56,727 nucleotides of DNA from Rhodanobacteraceae bacterium (lineage in GTDB: Bacteria; Pseudomonadota; Gammaproteobacteria; Xanthomonadales; Rhodanobacteraceae). Below the pieces are notes generated by a model. It ran no database searches, had not been told where the DNA came from, and was given only the letters and a program-made list of their open reading frames with translations. Made by a program: the position numbers and the translations under genes. The DNA is taken from positions 1 through 56,727 of the forward strand of contig DATIEJ010000171.1 of assembly GCA_035455825.1 (NCBI GenBank), read 5' to 3'. Within the stretch, counting starts at the first letter, position 1; each line of letters starts with the position of its first letter. Positions 8,573-18,492 of the stretch are shown here, in pieces.

Positions 8573-9724
8573 ATGGAAATTGCCAAATTCCTCGAGCTCT
8601 TGGCCCAGCGCAACGGGTCGGACGTGTTTCTCAGTCCGGGCGGTCCGCCATGCATCAAGATCAGTGGCGTGACCTACCATTTGAACCACGATGCGCTCAC
8701 CAGCGAGGAAACGCGGGGCATGGCCTATGCGCTCATGAACGAGCGCCAGGAAAAGGAATTCGAACAAACCATGGAGATGAACCTGGCAGTGGCCCTGAAG
8801 AATGTCGGGCGGTTTCGCGTGAATGTCTACCGCCAGCGCGGCGACGTCGCTCTCGCCGCGCGCTACATCACGGCGACGATTCCTTCGATCGAGGCGCTCA
8901 ACCTGCCGCCGGTGCTCGAAGACCTGATCATGACGCCGCGCGGCCTGATTCTCGTGGTCGGAAGCACCGGTTCGGGAAAGTCGACGACGCTCGCGTCGAT
9001 GATCGACTATCGCAACGAACGCCGTACCGGGCACATGCTGACGATCGAGGAACCGATCGAGTTCCTGCATACGCACAAGCAGTCGCTGGTCGATCAGCGC
9101 GAGATCGGCATCGATACGCTGAGCTATGCGAACGCGTTGAAGAATGCGATGCGCGAGGCTCCGGACGTCATCCTGATCGGCGAAATCCGCGATCGCGAGA
9201 CGATGCAGCACGCGATCGCCTACGCCGAGACCGGCCACCTGTGCCTGTCGACACTGCACGCCAACAACGCCAACCAGACGCTCGACCGGATCATCAACTT
9301 CTTCCCGGATACCGCTCGCCACCAGCTGCTGATCGATCTGTCGCTGAATCTTCGCGCTGTCGTCTCGCAGCGGCTCGTGCGCACCGTCGACGACCAGCGC
9401 GTGCCGGCGGTCGAGCTGCTGCTGCGCACTCCATTCGTTTCCGATCTCATTGCCAAGGGTGAGATCGACGCGATCAAGGAGGCAATGAAGCAGGGGACAG
9501 CCGTCGGCATGGCGACGTTCGACCAATCGCTGTACAGGCTCTATGCGGCCGGACGGATCAGCTACAAGGAGGCGATCCTCAACGCCGACTCGCAAACGGA
9601 CCTGGCCCTGCACATTCGCCTGGCCGGTCCGGCGCCGGCGGAAGGCAGCCTCGATCCCGAGGAGTTGACGTTGGTCGATATTCGCGAACGCGCGGAGCCG
9701 CGCGAGCGAAGCCTGCCTATTTGA
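8573..9724 (+). CDS. pilU: Second PilT/PilU-family ATPase (PilU-like)
   Basis: MEIAKFLELLAQRNGSDVFL, GSTGSGKSTT, ALKNAMREAPDVILIGEIRD, GHLCLSTLHANNANQTLDRIINFFP; clear paralog of 6398-7576. Confidence 0.88.
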   Translation: MEIAKFLELLAQRNGSDVFLSPGGPPCIKISGVTYHLNHDALTSEETRGMAYALMNERQEKEFEQTMEMNLAVALKNVGRFRVNVYRQRGDVALAARYITATIPSIEALNLPPVLEDLIMTPRGLILVVGSTGSGKSTTLASMIDYRNERRTGHMLTIEEPIEFLHTHKQSLVDQREIGIDTLSYANALKNAMREAPDVILIGEIRDRETMQHAIAYAETGHLCLSTLHANNANQTLDRIINFFPDTARHQLLIDLSLNLRAVVSQRLVRTVDDQRVPAVELLLRTPFVSDLIAKGEIDAIKEAMKQGTAVGMATFDQSLYRLYAAGRISYKEAILNADSQTDLALHIRLAGPAPAEGSLDPEELTLVDIRERAEPRERSLPI

Positions 9725-10034
9725 TCCAATCGGCGCCGGCCGGAGCGAGCGACACGGGTCGATTGGACCGCCTTTTCATCACCGCATCGCATAGCCCGTG
9801 GCGCGCGTTCGGCCTGTCCGCCAGCGCGGCAAAATTCGCGTTTTCCCGGTCGATTGAACTGGCTCCGGCTGGCCGGTCATGGATTGCGTGACATGGCAGG
9901 CTGGCACTGATCGCCAGTAACGCTTAAAGTGCAAGGCGGGATCGCGCGCGCCCGGGTTGAGATTCCTCTTGGCGTCGCCGCCTCAGTGCCGTACATTTCG
10001 CATTCCCGTCTGTCCCACACCATAGGAAAAGCCC

Positions 10035-10397
10035 ATGGCAACGAAGAAAACCGCAAAGAAAGCTGCAAAGCCCTCCGCACCGAAAGTCGTCAAGGCGCCC
10101 CTGGGCAAGTCCGGACTGGTCGAGTACATCACGACCGCTTCGAACGTGATGGCCAAGGACGTCCGCTCCGTACTCGCCGCGCTCGAAGGCGCCGTCGTGG
10201 GTTCGGTCAACAAGAACGGCGCGCGCACGTTTACGCTGCCGGGTCTGCTGAAGATCACGGTTGCCTCGATTCCGGCCAAGCCGAAGCGCAAGGGCATCAA
10301 TCCTTTCACGAAGCAGGAACAGTGGTTCGCCGCAAAACCGGCCAGCGTCCGCGTCAAGGTGCGCCCGCTGAAGAAGCTCAAGGACGCGGCGGCCTGA
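10035..10397 (+). CDS. HU/IHF-family histone-like DNA-binding protein with Lys/Ala-rich N-terminus
   Basis: FTLPGLLKI, RKGINPFT, KPAS..VKVRPLKKLKD; AGGA RBS. Confidence 0.9.
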   Translation: MATKKTAKKAAKPSAPKVVKAPLGKSGLVEYITTASNVMAKDVRSVLAALEGAVVGSVNKNGARTFTLPGLLKITVASIPAKPKRKGINPFTKQEQWFAAKPASVRVKVRPLKKLKDAAA

Positions 10398-11181
10398 TAG
10401 CCGCGGCGAGTCGATCGAACAGGATCGCGAGCGTTACGACATCCTGCCGATTGTGATCCAGCACGCGCCCGAGGTTCGTGCTGGATTGACCTCGAAGATA
10501 TGCCAACCACGCTGCCGGGGCCTCGTGTCCCGGCAGGTCGTCCTCGCGCAAGATCCCCAGCAACTGCCGTTCGATCGTCTGCAGCCGGCAGTTTTCCCAG
10601 ACGCCGCGATAGGCGCGACGCACCGGATACAACAGGTCGACATGGCCCCGTTCGGCGAACGGATGTGCCTGCCGATGCAGGCGGTAGCGTCCCTTGAGCA
10701 GCGGCGCATCGTATGACCGTCCGTTGTAGCTGACGAAGATCGCATCCGCCAGCAGGCCGGCGGCAAAACTGCGCAGCATCTCTTCTTCGCCGCCCAGTGC
10801 GGTCAGGTACAGTTGTCGGACGACGAGTTCGCCGCCTCGCCACTGCGCGCTGCCGATCATGAAAGCCCTGGTGCCGACGCCTCCGGCAAGTCCCGTCGTT
10901 TCGGTGTCGAAACAGACGAGGCGTTCGCGTTCGACTTCGCTCACCTCGCCCCACGGAAGGCCGACGATGCGCGATGCGTCGCTCGGACGGCGCGATTCGA
11001 CCAGCCACAGACCATCCGCGATCTCGATTCCCGCCGGCGCCGCAAGCTTGCGCGTCGCCGCGCGCCTTCGCAGGTCGAGCAGCCGGCGCAAATCGGAGCG
11101 CACGCCGGCGCTTGCGGCATTCGCGCTGGCACGCCCGGCCTGCCGCTGCAACATGCGCAGACGTTCGCTGACTTCGCTCAT
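10378..11181 (-). CDS. RNase H-like DEDD exonuclease (YprB/MrfB-like)
   Basis: FDTETTGL, SYNGRSYD, HVDLL, LDHNRQDV; start overlaps the helicase stop (ATGA). Confidence 0.85.
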   Translation of the reverse strand: MSEVSERLRMLQRQAGRASANAASAGVRSDLRRLLDLRRRAATRKLAAPAGIEIADGLWLVESRRPSDASRIVGLPWGEVSEVERERLVCFDTETTGLAGGVGTRAFMIGSAQWRGGELVVRQLYLTALGGEEEMLRSFAAGLLADAIFVSYNGRSYDAPLLKGRYRLHRQAHPFAERGHVDLLYPVRRAYRGVWENCRLQTIERQLLGILREDDLPGHEAPAAWLAYLRGQSSTNLGRVLDHNRQDVVTLAILFDRLAAAIRPPRP

Positions 11182-13574
11182 GCGAGCAGATCGAGCACGG
11201 CCAGCGCAAGGCACCGTGCGGAACGCGCGCCGGTCTCGTCAAAGGCAAGCACGGGCCCGACGCAAGCCGGACAGCCGACGCTGCAACTGCAGCCTGCAAC
11301 CAGGTCGCGCGATTTCGCAATCAATTCCGCCGCGCGCCGGAACAGCGGCTCGCTGAGACCGATGCCACCCGGAAAGTTGTCGTACAGATACACGGTCGGG
11401 TTGAATGCGGTGGCCAGATCTGGATCCTCGACCTTGCCCTCGGCGTTGCGCCACTGGCCGCGGCCGCGCTGGTCCTGCGTCGCAAAAAACGCCGCATCGC
11501 CCGAGCCGACCGCCTTCTGCAGATCGCGCGCCTCGGCCATGACGCTGAGCGACGCCACCGTGTGCAGCGCATACGCCGCGCCGAGAAATCCGTCGAGGGC
11601 ATCCTGGCGACTTGCGAACGCGGACTCGAGCGTGCCCTGTTCGAGTTGCCACCAGACCGCGCTCGTCTGCAATTCCTGATCCGGCAGATTGACCGGGCCG
11701 TATCCGATGTTCTCGTGGCTGTAGAAGCGGATCTTCTTGTAGCCCGACACGCGGCGGACGACGTGTACTTCGCCGTGATGGCAGATGCCGGAGCCGGATT
11801 TGGAACCGTCAAACCGCTCCAGCACCTTGAGTTTCGTATAGTCGATCGCGTCGGTGTAGTAGTCGGCGTGCGTGCGTGTAACGAACGCCTTGCGTCCTTC
11901 CCAGTCGAGCTTCTCGACCTGGAACGGCTGCGACTGGATCATGTAGATCGCGCCTTCGTAGAGCGTCAGCGCCGCGCTCGAGTAGTCGACTTCGGCGATG
12001 ATCGTCTGCCGGCCATCGGTGCGATCGACGACGACGAAGTTGCCGTCCGCGACGGAGCGCAGGCTGACGGCCTGGGCCGGATAGCTGTCGGCAATCCAGT
12101 CCCAGCGCTCGCCTTCGCGATGCAGCACGCCGGATTCGGCCAGCACTTCGAGGAAATCGTCGGCGATGGCGCCGCCGAAGCGGTCGCCGCTGGCGAATGG
12201 CAGCTCGAAAGCCGCGCAGCGGATGTGGTCGAGCAGGATCAACAGCTGATCCGGCGCAATGCGCGCGGTTTCCGGCGATGCGTTCTCGAAGAACTCCGGA
12301 TGGCGCACGACGTACTGATCGAGCGCCTGGCTCGACGCGACGAGGATTCCGAGCGACGGCCGCATGCGCCGCCCGGCGCGTCCGAGGCGCTGCCAGGTCG
12401 CGGCGATCGAACCCGGATAACCGTTGAGGATCGCGACGTCGAGCGATCCGATATCGACGCCGAGCTCGAGCGCCGACGTCGTCACGACGCCGTCGATACC
12501 GCCGGCACGCAGCGCACGCTCGGTAGCACGGCGTGCGGTCGGCAGATAGCCGCCGCGGTACGCGCGAATGCGTTCGGGCTTGCGCGGATCCGGATCGAAC
12601 ACGTCCTTGAGGTATTTGGTCAGCACTTCGACCATCAGCCGCGATTGCGCGAACACGATCGTCTTGAGCTTCGCGCGAATCGCATGGCGCGCGATGCGAC
12701 TCGATTGCGAGCGCGCCGATGCGCGGATGCCCAGATCCGGATTGATGACCGGCGGATTCCACAGCAGCACGTGGCGCTCGCCGCGCGGTGCGCCGCTCTG
12801 GCTGATCGCGCAGACCTCCGCGCCGATCAGCGCTTCGGCGTGTTCCTTCGGATTGCCGATCGTCGCCGAGCAGGCAATGAACTGCGGCGTCACGCCGTAG
12901 AACGCGCAGATCCGGCGCAGGCGCCGCAGCACGTTGGCGACGTGCGAGCCGAACACGCCGCGGTAAGTGTGCAGTTCGTCGATGACGACGAAGCGCAGGT
13001 TCTCGAAGAACTGCGCCCACTTCGTGTGATGCGGCAGGATCGCCTGATGCAGCATGTCCGGATTGCTGACGACGATGTCGCCGCGCGCGCGGATCGCCTG
13101 GCGCGCGTCGTTCGGCGTGTCGCCGTCGAACGTGTAGGCGCGCACGCCGAGCTCGCCGGCCTTGTTGAGTTCGAGCAGTTCGGCAACCTGGTCCTGGGCC
13201 AGGGCCTTGGTCGGAAACAGATACAGCGCCTTCGCGCGCTGCGCACGCACCGCCTCGATGACCGGCAGGTGGTAGCACAGCGACTTGCCCGATGCGGTCG
13301 GCGTCACGACGACGACATGGTCGCCGCGCGCGCACGCGTCCCAGGCGGCGCGCTGGTGCGAATAGAGCTGGTCGATGCCGCGGCTGCGCAATGCAGAGCG
13401 TGTGGCCAGCGACAGTTCATCGGGAAACGGCGCGTACAAGGCGTTCGTCGCGGGCAAGCGGAAATATCCGGTGATGCGGTCGCGATATTTTTCGGCGAGG
13501 CGCTCGACCAGACTGTCAGCCGAACGCACGTTGAGGTCCGCCCTCTGTGCAGCGCGTGTCGCAAGATCAGTCAT
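11178..13574 (-). CDS. DEAD/DEAH-box SF2 helicase with C-terminal DUF1998 Zn domain (MrfA/YprA/Hrq1-like)
   Basis: TPTASGKS, PTKALAQDQ, DELH, SAT, TSALELGVDIG, QRLGRAGR, C-terminal CSCSVGCPAC. Confidence 0.93.
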   Translation of the reverse strand: MTDLATRAAQRADLNVRSADSLVERLAEKYRDRITGYFRLPATNALYAPFPDELSLATRSALRSRGIDQLYSHQRAAWDACARGDHVVVVTPTASGKSLCYHLPVIEAVRAQRAKALYLFPTKALAQDQVAELLELNKAGELGVRAYTFDGDTPNDARQAIRARGDIVVSNPDMLHQAILPHHTKWAQFFENLRFVVIDELHTYRGVFGSHVANVLRRLRRICAFYGVTPQFIACSATIGNPKEHAEALIGAEVCAISQSGAPRGERHVLLWNPPVINPDLGIRASARSQSSRIARHAIRAKLKTIVFAQSRLMVEVLTKYLKDVFDPDPRKPERIRAYRGGYLPTARRATERALRAGGIDGVVTTSALELGVDIGSLDVAILNGYPGSIAATWQRLGRAGRRMRPSLGILVASSQALDQYVVRHPEFFENASPETARIAPDQLLILLDHIRCAAFELPFASGDRFGGAIADDFLEVLAESGVLHREGERWDWIADSYPAQAVSLRSVADGNFVVVDRTDGRQTIIAEVDYSSAALTLYEGAIYMIQSQPFQVEKLDWEGRKAFVTRTHADYYTDAIDYTKLKVLERFDGSKSGSGICHHGEVHVVRRVSGYKKIRFYSHENIGYGPVNLPDQELQTSAVWWQLEQGTLESAFASRQDALDGFLGAAYALHTVASLSVMAEARDLQKAVGSGDAAFFATQDQRGRGQWRNAEGKVEDPDLATAFNPTVYLYDNFPGGIGLSEPLFRRAAELIAKSRDLVAGCSCSVGCPACVGPVLAFDETGARSARCLALAVLDLLA

Positions 13575-13784
13575 TGTCGTCTCCGCCGTGAGGCAGTCGT
13601 TGTAGAGAGGCGCCGTCTCAGGCGGCGAGATTTCGAACTGCGGTCCCGCTCGCCTGCCGCGATTTTCCTGAACGACTACCGAACGGCGATCGTGGCGGCC
13701 ATGGGGAAACCGCGCAGCATGTGGAAGAATCCGCCCTCGTTCGTTGCGTCATCAACGCGCTTTCATTGATCCGCTGGGGGGACG

Positions 13785-15776
13785 ATGCACGACATGCCTT
13801 CAATTCGTCGCGGCCCGGCGCTCGTCATGCTTGTCCTCGCATTCGCGGCCGCAGGCGCGGCGCGGGCGCAGCCGGCGAGTCCGGACAGCAGACTCGAACA
13901 ACTCGCGCAATTGAGCCTGGAAGACCTGATGAAGATCCAGGTCGTTTCGGTTTCGGGCACGCCACAATCGCGCATGTCGACGCCGGCAGCGGTCTATGTC
14001 ATCAGCGCCGAGGACATCCGCCGCAGCGGCCATCGCACGATTCCTGAAGTGCTGCGCATGGTGCCGGGCATGTACGTGGGCCGCCTCAACTCTTCCAGCT
14101 GGGTGGCCGGTTCGCGCGGATTGACCGGTTCGTCGCTGACGGCCAACCGCTATCTGGTCCTTATCGACGGCAGGCTGGTCTACGATCCGTTGACATCGAC
14201 GACCTATTGGGACACCACCGACGTCGTGCTCGCCGACATCGATCGGATCGAAGTCATTCGCGGTCCAGGCGCAACGTTGTGGGGCGCGAACGCGATGAAC
14301 GGCGTCATCAACATCGTCACGAAGTCCGCACGCGACACGCTGGGCACGCTGGTGCAGGTAGTCGCCGGCAGCAACGCGGAATCCGAAGTCGACCTGCGCC
14401 ACGGCGTCGCTATTTCCGACGACTCATGGTTTCGCGTGTGGGGCAAGTACAGCACGCACGGTGACTTCGAAGGTCCGCAAGGCGCGAGCTTGCACGACCA
14501 GTGGTCTTCGGCGCACGGCGGATTCCGTTACGACAAGGCACTCGACGCGCAATCCCGATTCACTGTCGAAGGCGACGCCTACACGCACCCGACGGCGATG
14601 GAATCGGTGCAGATTCCGGTGCCGGGCGAAGATCGGCAGTTCCAGCAGGTCACGACCGACGACACCGTTTCCGGCGCGAACCTGTTGATGCACCTGCGGT
14701 ACGGCTTCGGCTTGCCGACCGGTTGGCGCCTGCGCGCTTACGTGGACCAGACCCGGCGCGACAACTCGCGTTTCGGCGCATCGCGCGACACCGCGGACGT
14801 CGACCTGCGCGCATGGAACGACTGGGGCGGCCGCAACGAACTGATCTGGGGCGCCGAGTACCTGTGGACGCGCGACGAGATCCGCAACGGCCCGGTCCTG
14901 TACCTGAATCCGGATCAGCGCTCGTGGGCGCAGTTCAACACGTTCGTGCAGAACACGACCAACCTGTTCGACGACCAATGGTATCTGATGCTCGGCAGCA
15001 AATTCACCTACCAGAGTTTCGTCGGTTACGAGCCGCAACCGAACATTCGCTTGTGGTGGACGCCGAGCGCGGACCAGACATTGTGGGCGTCGGTGTCGCG
15101 GCCGGTGCGCATGCCGTCGCGTTTCGAGCAGGACGGACAGCTGATTCTCGGCTACGCGGATCTCGGCGCGATCACGGCCGGCAAACCCAACGGCGTGATC
15201 ATCCCGCTCAGCGTGTCGGGCGACGAGAATCTGCGTCCCGAGGAACTTGTCGCCTATGAAGTCGGCCACCGCTACCAGATCACGAGCCGCTGGCTGATCG
15301 AGTCGACGCTGTTCCTCAACGACTATCGCCGACTCATCGAGCCGGCGCCGACGATCCTCGGAAAATTCACCGACGTGGGTTCGGGACGCACGTACGGCGC
15401 CGAGATCAACAGCTCGCTGCAAGTCAATGAACGCTGGCGCCTGGAAGGCTGGTACAGCTTCCTGCGCACGCGCATCGACGGACCGGTGTATCAGTTCGAA
15501 GAGAAGAGCACGCCGCGGCAGATGGCGCAGCTGCGCTCTTACCTCGACCTGGGCGGCGGGACTGAATTCAACGGCGCGCTGTACTTCGTCGATCGCATCC
15601 CGCAGCAGAACATCGACGCCTATACGCGCCTGGACCTCGGCCTGGCATGGCGCCTCGGCGAGCGCGCGCGGCTGGAGCTGTGGGGACACAACCTGCTCGA
15701 CGCCACGCACGAAGAAGCATCGGGCGCGCGCGTCCCGCGCACCGTCATGGCGAGCCTGGGTTTCAAGTTTGACTAG
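13785..15776 (+). CDS. TonB-dependent receptor
   Basis: Signal peptide; LSLEDLMKIQVVSVS; plug motifs VLIDGR and IDRIEVIRGPGATLWGANAMNGVINIVTK; C-terminal beta-strand. Confidence 0.92.
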   Translation: MHDMPSIRRGPALVMLVLAFAAAGAARAQPASPDSRLEQLAQLSLEDLMKIQVVSVSGTPQSRMSTPAAVYVISAEDIRRSGHRTIPEVLRMVPGMYVGRLNSSSWVAGSRGLTGSSLTANRYLVLIDGRLVYDPLTSTTYWDTTDVVLADIDRIEVIRGPGATLWGANAMNGVINIVTKSARDTLGTLVQVVAGSNAESEVDLRHGVAISDDSWFRVWGKYSTHGDFEGPQGASLHDQWSSAHGGFRYDKALDAQSRFTVEGDAYTHPTAMESVQIPVPGEDRQFQQVTTDDTVSGANLLMHLRYGFGLPTGWRLRAYVDQTRRDNSRFGASRDTADVDLRAWNDWGGRNELIWGAEYLWTRDEIRNGPVLYLNPDQRSWAQFNTFVQNTTNLFDDQWYLMLGSKFTYQSFVGYEPQPNIRLWWTPSADQTLWASVSRPVRMPSRFEQDGQLILGYADLGAITAGKPNGVIIPLSVSGDENLRPEELVAYEVGHRYQITSRWLIESTLFLNDYRRLIEPAPTILGKFTDVGSGRTYGAEINSSLQVNERWRLEGWYSFLRTRIDGPVYQFEEKSTPRQMAQLRSYLDLGGGTEFNGALYFVDRIPQQNIDAYTRLDLGLAWRLGERARLELWGHNLLDATHEEASGARVPRTVMASLGFKFD

Positions 15777-16395
15777 GATCACTGCCAGGTTTCAGCGCCG
15801 GTCGCGCCGTTCGTCGTTGGCGTGGCGCGCGGTCATGGCCTTGCTGCTGCTGTGCGCGCAGGTGCCGGCAAGCGCGCAGGTGCCGATGCGCGAGCCGGAA
15901 ATCGAAGCGGCCTATCTGGTGAACTTCCTGCGCTACACGCAGTGGCCGGAACAGAGCTTTGTCGATGCGCGCGCGCCATTCGTGTTGACGCTGATCTGTT
16001 CGGACGAAGATGCTTCCAGTGTGCGCGCAGTCGCGCAGGCCGCCGGCCTGGTAAACGGCCGGCCAATCGAAGTTCACGTGATGCCGCCGCCGCGCAGCCG
16101 GGAAGCCGCTCCGGACGCACACGACCTGGAGATCCTGCTCAGCAGTCACGTGGTGTTCTTCCACAAGAGCGCCGGCAGCGCGCTCGAACAGGAACTGCGC
16201 AGCCTGTCCGGCCAGCCCGTCCTGACGGTCAGCGACCTGCCCGGATTCACGTCGCGTGGCGGCATGCTCGAGCTGGTCAGCTCGGGCGGCCGGATGGTTT
16301 TTGAAGCCAATACCGCCGCCATCCGCGAGGCCGGTCTCGTGGTCAGCGCGAAGGTGCTCAAGTTGGCGCGCTCGTCCGCGGAGCTGCAGCCATGA
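15769..16395 (+). CDS. YfiR-family (DUF4154) periplasmic protein
   Basis: IEAAYLVNFLRYTQWP, VLTVSD, GGMLEL, FEAN..AIREAGLVVSAKVLKLA. Start is TTG 15769 or ATG 15835. Confidence 0.85.
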   Translation: MTRITARFQRRSRRSSLAWRAVMALLLLCAQVPASAQVPMREPEIEAAYLVNFLRYTQWPEQSFVDARAPFVLTLICSDEDASSVRAVAQAAGLVNGRPIEVHVMPPPRSREAAPDAHDLEILLSSHVVFFHKSAGSALEQELRSLSGQPVLTVSDLPGFTSRGGMLELVSSGGRMVFEANTAAIREAGLVVSAKVLKLARSSAELQP

Positions 16396-18278
16396 TGCGC
16401 CGCTGGTTCGGCTCGATGCGCTCGTTCGCCGACAAGGTGACGTGGCTGGTGACGCTGACCAGCGGCGTCGCGATCCTGGCCGTCTGCTTCACGCTGGTTG
16501 GAGCCGATTATCTGAACATGCGGCGCGAGACGCTCGCCGGCCTGCAAACCCAGATGATGATCGTGGCGATGAACAGCGGCGCGCCGCTCGCATTCGGCGA
16601 CCGGCGCAGTGCGAGCGAGGCGTTGTCGGCGTTCCAGACGCGCGCGGCGGTCGCCCGCGCGGAGCTCTACGACGTAAAGGGCAACCTGTTCGCCAGTTAC
16701 CAGCGTCCCGACGCTGCGCCGGCGCCCTCGGCCGGCGCAACGCCGGTCGCATCCACTGCGGACTTGCGCACGCAGCGCACGGCGATCGAGGAGCAAGGCC
16801 AGCAGCTCGGCACGCTGGAAGTTGCCTACGACCTGGATGAACTCCAGCGCCATCTGTGGCAGACGCTGGGACTGTCGACCGTCGTGGCCCTGATTGCCGT
16901 GTTCCTGGTGTATCTGTTTTCCCTGCGCATCCGCCGCACGCTGATCCGGCCGATCGAACTGCTCAGCCAGACGGCGCGCCGGATATCGCACACACGTGAC
17001 TACGCGCAGCGGGCGCCGAAAGTCAGCGACGACGAGTTGGGCACGTTCACCGAAACGTTCAACCAGATGCTGGCGCAAATCCAGAAGCAGGACGCCGAAA
17101 TCCAGGCGTCCCGCGCCGAGGCGCTGCATGCCAGCCAGTTGAAGGACGAGTTCCTCGCGACGTTGTCGCACGAGCTGCGTACGCCGATGGCGCCGATTCT
17201 CGGCTGGGCGCAGATCCTGCGGCTCAGCGGCGAGAGCAACGCCCAGGTATTGCAGGCGTCGGCGGTCATCGAGCGCAATGCCCGCGCGCAGAACAAGATC
17301 GTCGACGACCTGCTCGACATGAGCCGCATCGTATCCGGCAAGCTCAAGCTCGACGTGCGCACGATGGACCTGGCCGACGCCGTCCACGCCGCCATCGAGA
17401 CGGTCGCCGCAGCCGCAACGGCCAAGTCGATCGCGCTCGAACAGGACATTGAGCCGGGCCTCGCGATTGTCCACGGCGATCCGCACCGCCTGCAGCAGGT
17501 GGCCTGGAACCTGATGTCCAATGCGATCAAGTTCACCGCCAATGGCGGCAGTGTGCGCGTCGTATTGCGCCGGCAATCCGCGCAGGCCGTGCTGTCGGTG
17601 AGTGACAGCGGGCAGGGAATCACGGCGGAATTCCTGCCGTACATCTTCGAGCGGTTCCGCCAGGCCGACAGTTCGATCACGCGTCACCACGGCGGCCTCG
17701 GACTCGGCCTGTCGATCGCCAGGCAGCTGGTCGAACTGCACGGTGGCGATATCGCCGCCGCCAGCGCCGGCGTGAACCACGGTTCGACCTTCACCGTGTC
17801 GTTGCCGCTTGCGCCGGGCATGGCGGCGCAAAAATTCAAGCCGCTTGCGGATTCGGCGCCGCCTTCTGCTCAAGGACAAACGTCGCTGCGCGGATGCAAG
17901 GTATTGCTGGTCGAGGACGAACAGGATGCGCGCGAACTCACGGAAGGTGTGTTGCGTTTTGCCGGAGCCACGATTCTCGCGGTCGATTCTGCTGCCGCGG
18001 CGCTGGGTGTGATCGAGGACTTCCGGCCCGATGTGCTGCTCAGCGACATCGGCATGTCCGAGGCCAGTGGCTACGACCTGATCCGCCAGGTGCGCGCCTC
18101 ACCGTCCGTGGCGGTTCGGGACGTTGCCGCGATCGCGCTGACTGCGTTCGCGCGGCCGGAGGATCGCGTCCTTGCCCGCGCTGCCGGATTTCAGCAGCAC
18201 CTGTCGAAACCGGTCGACAACGATGTGCTGATCGGCGCGGTGCGGGCGGCTGTCCGCAGCGCGCGCGAGTCCGACTGA
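16392..18278 (+). CDS. Membrane hybrid histidine kinase (periplasmic YfiN-like sensor, HAMP, HisKA, HATPase, REC)
   Basis: Two TM helices, HAMP (DELGTFTETFNQML), FLATLSHELRTP, NAIKFT, GLGLGL, REC (LLVED, LLSDIGM, HLSKP). Confidence 0.92.
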   Translation: MMRRWFGSMRSFADKVTWLVTLTSGVAILAVCFTLVGADYLNMRRETLAGLQTQMMIVAMNSGAPLAFGDRRSASEALSAFQTRAAVARAELYDVKGNLFASYQRPDAAPAPSAGATPVASTADLRTQRTAIEEQGQQLGTLEVAYDLDELQRHLWQTLGLSTVVALIAVFLVYLFSLRIRRTLIRPIELLSQTARRISHTRDYAQRAPKVSDDELGTFTETFNQMLAQIQKQDAEIQASRAEALHASQLKDEFLATLSHELRTPMAPILGWAQILRLSGESNAQVLQASAVIERNARAQNKIVDDLLDMSRIVSGKLKLDVRTMDLADAVHAAIETVAAAATAKSIALEQDIEPGLAIVHGDPHRLQQVAWNLMSNAIKFTANGGSVRVVLRRQSAQAVLSVSDSGQGITAEFLPYIFERFRQADSSITRHHGGLGLGLSIARQLVELHGGDIAAASAGVNHGSTFTVSLPLAPGMAAQKFKPLADSAPPSAQGQTSLRGCKVLLVEDEQDARELTEGVLRFAGATILAVDSAAAALGVIEDFRPDVLLSDIGMSEASGYDLIRQVRASPSVAVRDVAAIALTAFARPEDRVLARAAGFQQHLSKPVDNDVLIGAVRAAVRSARESD

Positions 18279-18454
18279 CCCTACGGCGGCGGCGCGCCCG
18301 CGCTGCCCGCGTCCGCCATTACGGTTGAGCCTGCCAGGAATGCGATGCGATCCAACTACGCCAGCGCAGGGGTGCGTGGCTTTCGCTGTATACATCGGGT
18401 TCAGTTTCATAAATCACGATTAAAGAAATAGCGGTCCGGCACGCGATCGGTGCC

Positions 18455-18460
18455 TATAAT
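18455..18460 (+). promoter_or_regulatory. Possible sigma70 -10 element of the stressosome operon
   Basis: Perfect TATAAT in an AT-enriched intergenic stretch 32 nt upstream of rsbR; no clear -35. Confidence 0.35.
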
Positions 18461-18492
18461 CGCCGCTCCACGGAAAACTGGCAGGGGTCGCG

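Noticed and set aside
11178-13574. DISARM/Druantia-type defence system
   Set aside because: No methyltransferase, SNF2 helicase or other defence partners adjacent; the DEDD exonuclease partner fits MrfAB. The PLD gene is 36 kb away and is a lipoprotein of the ClsC type.
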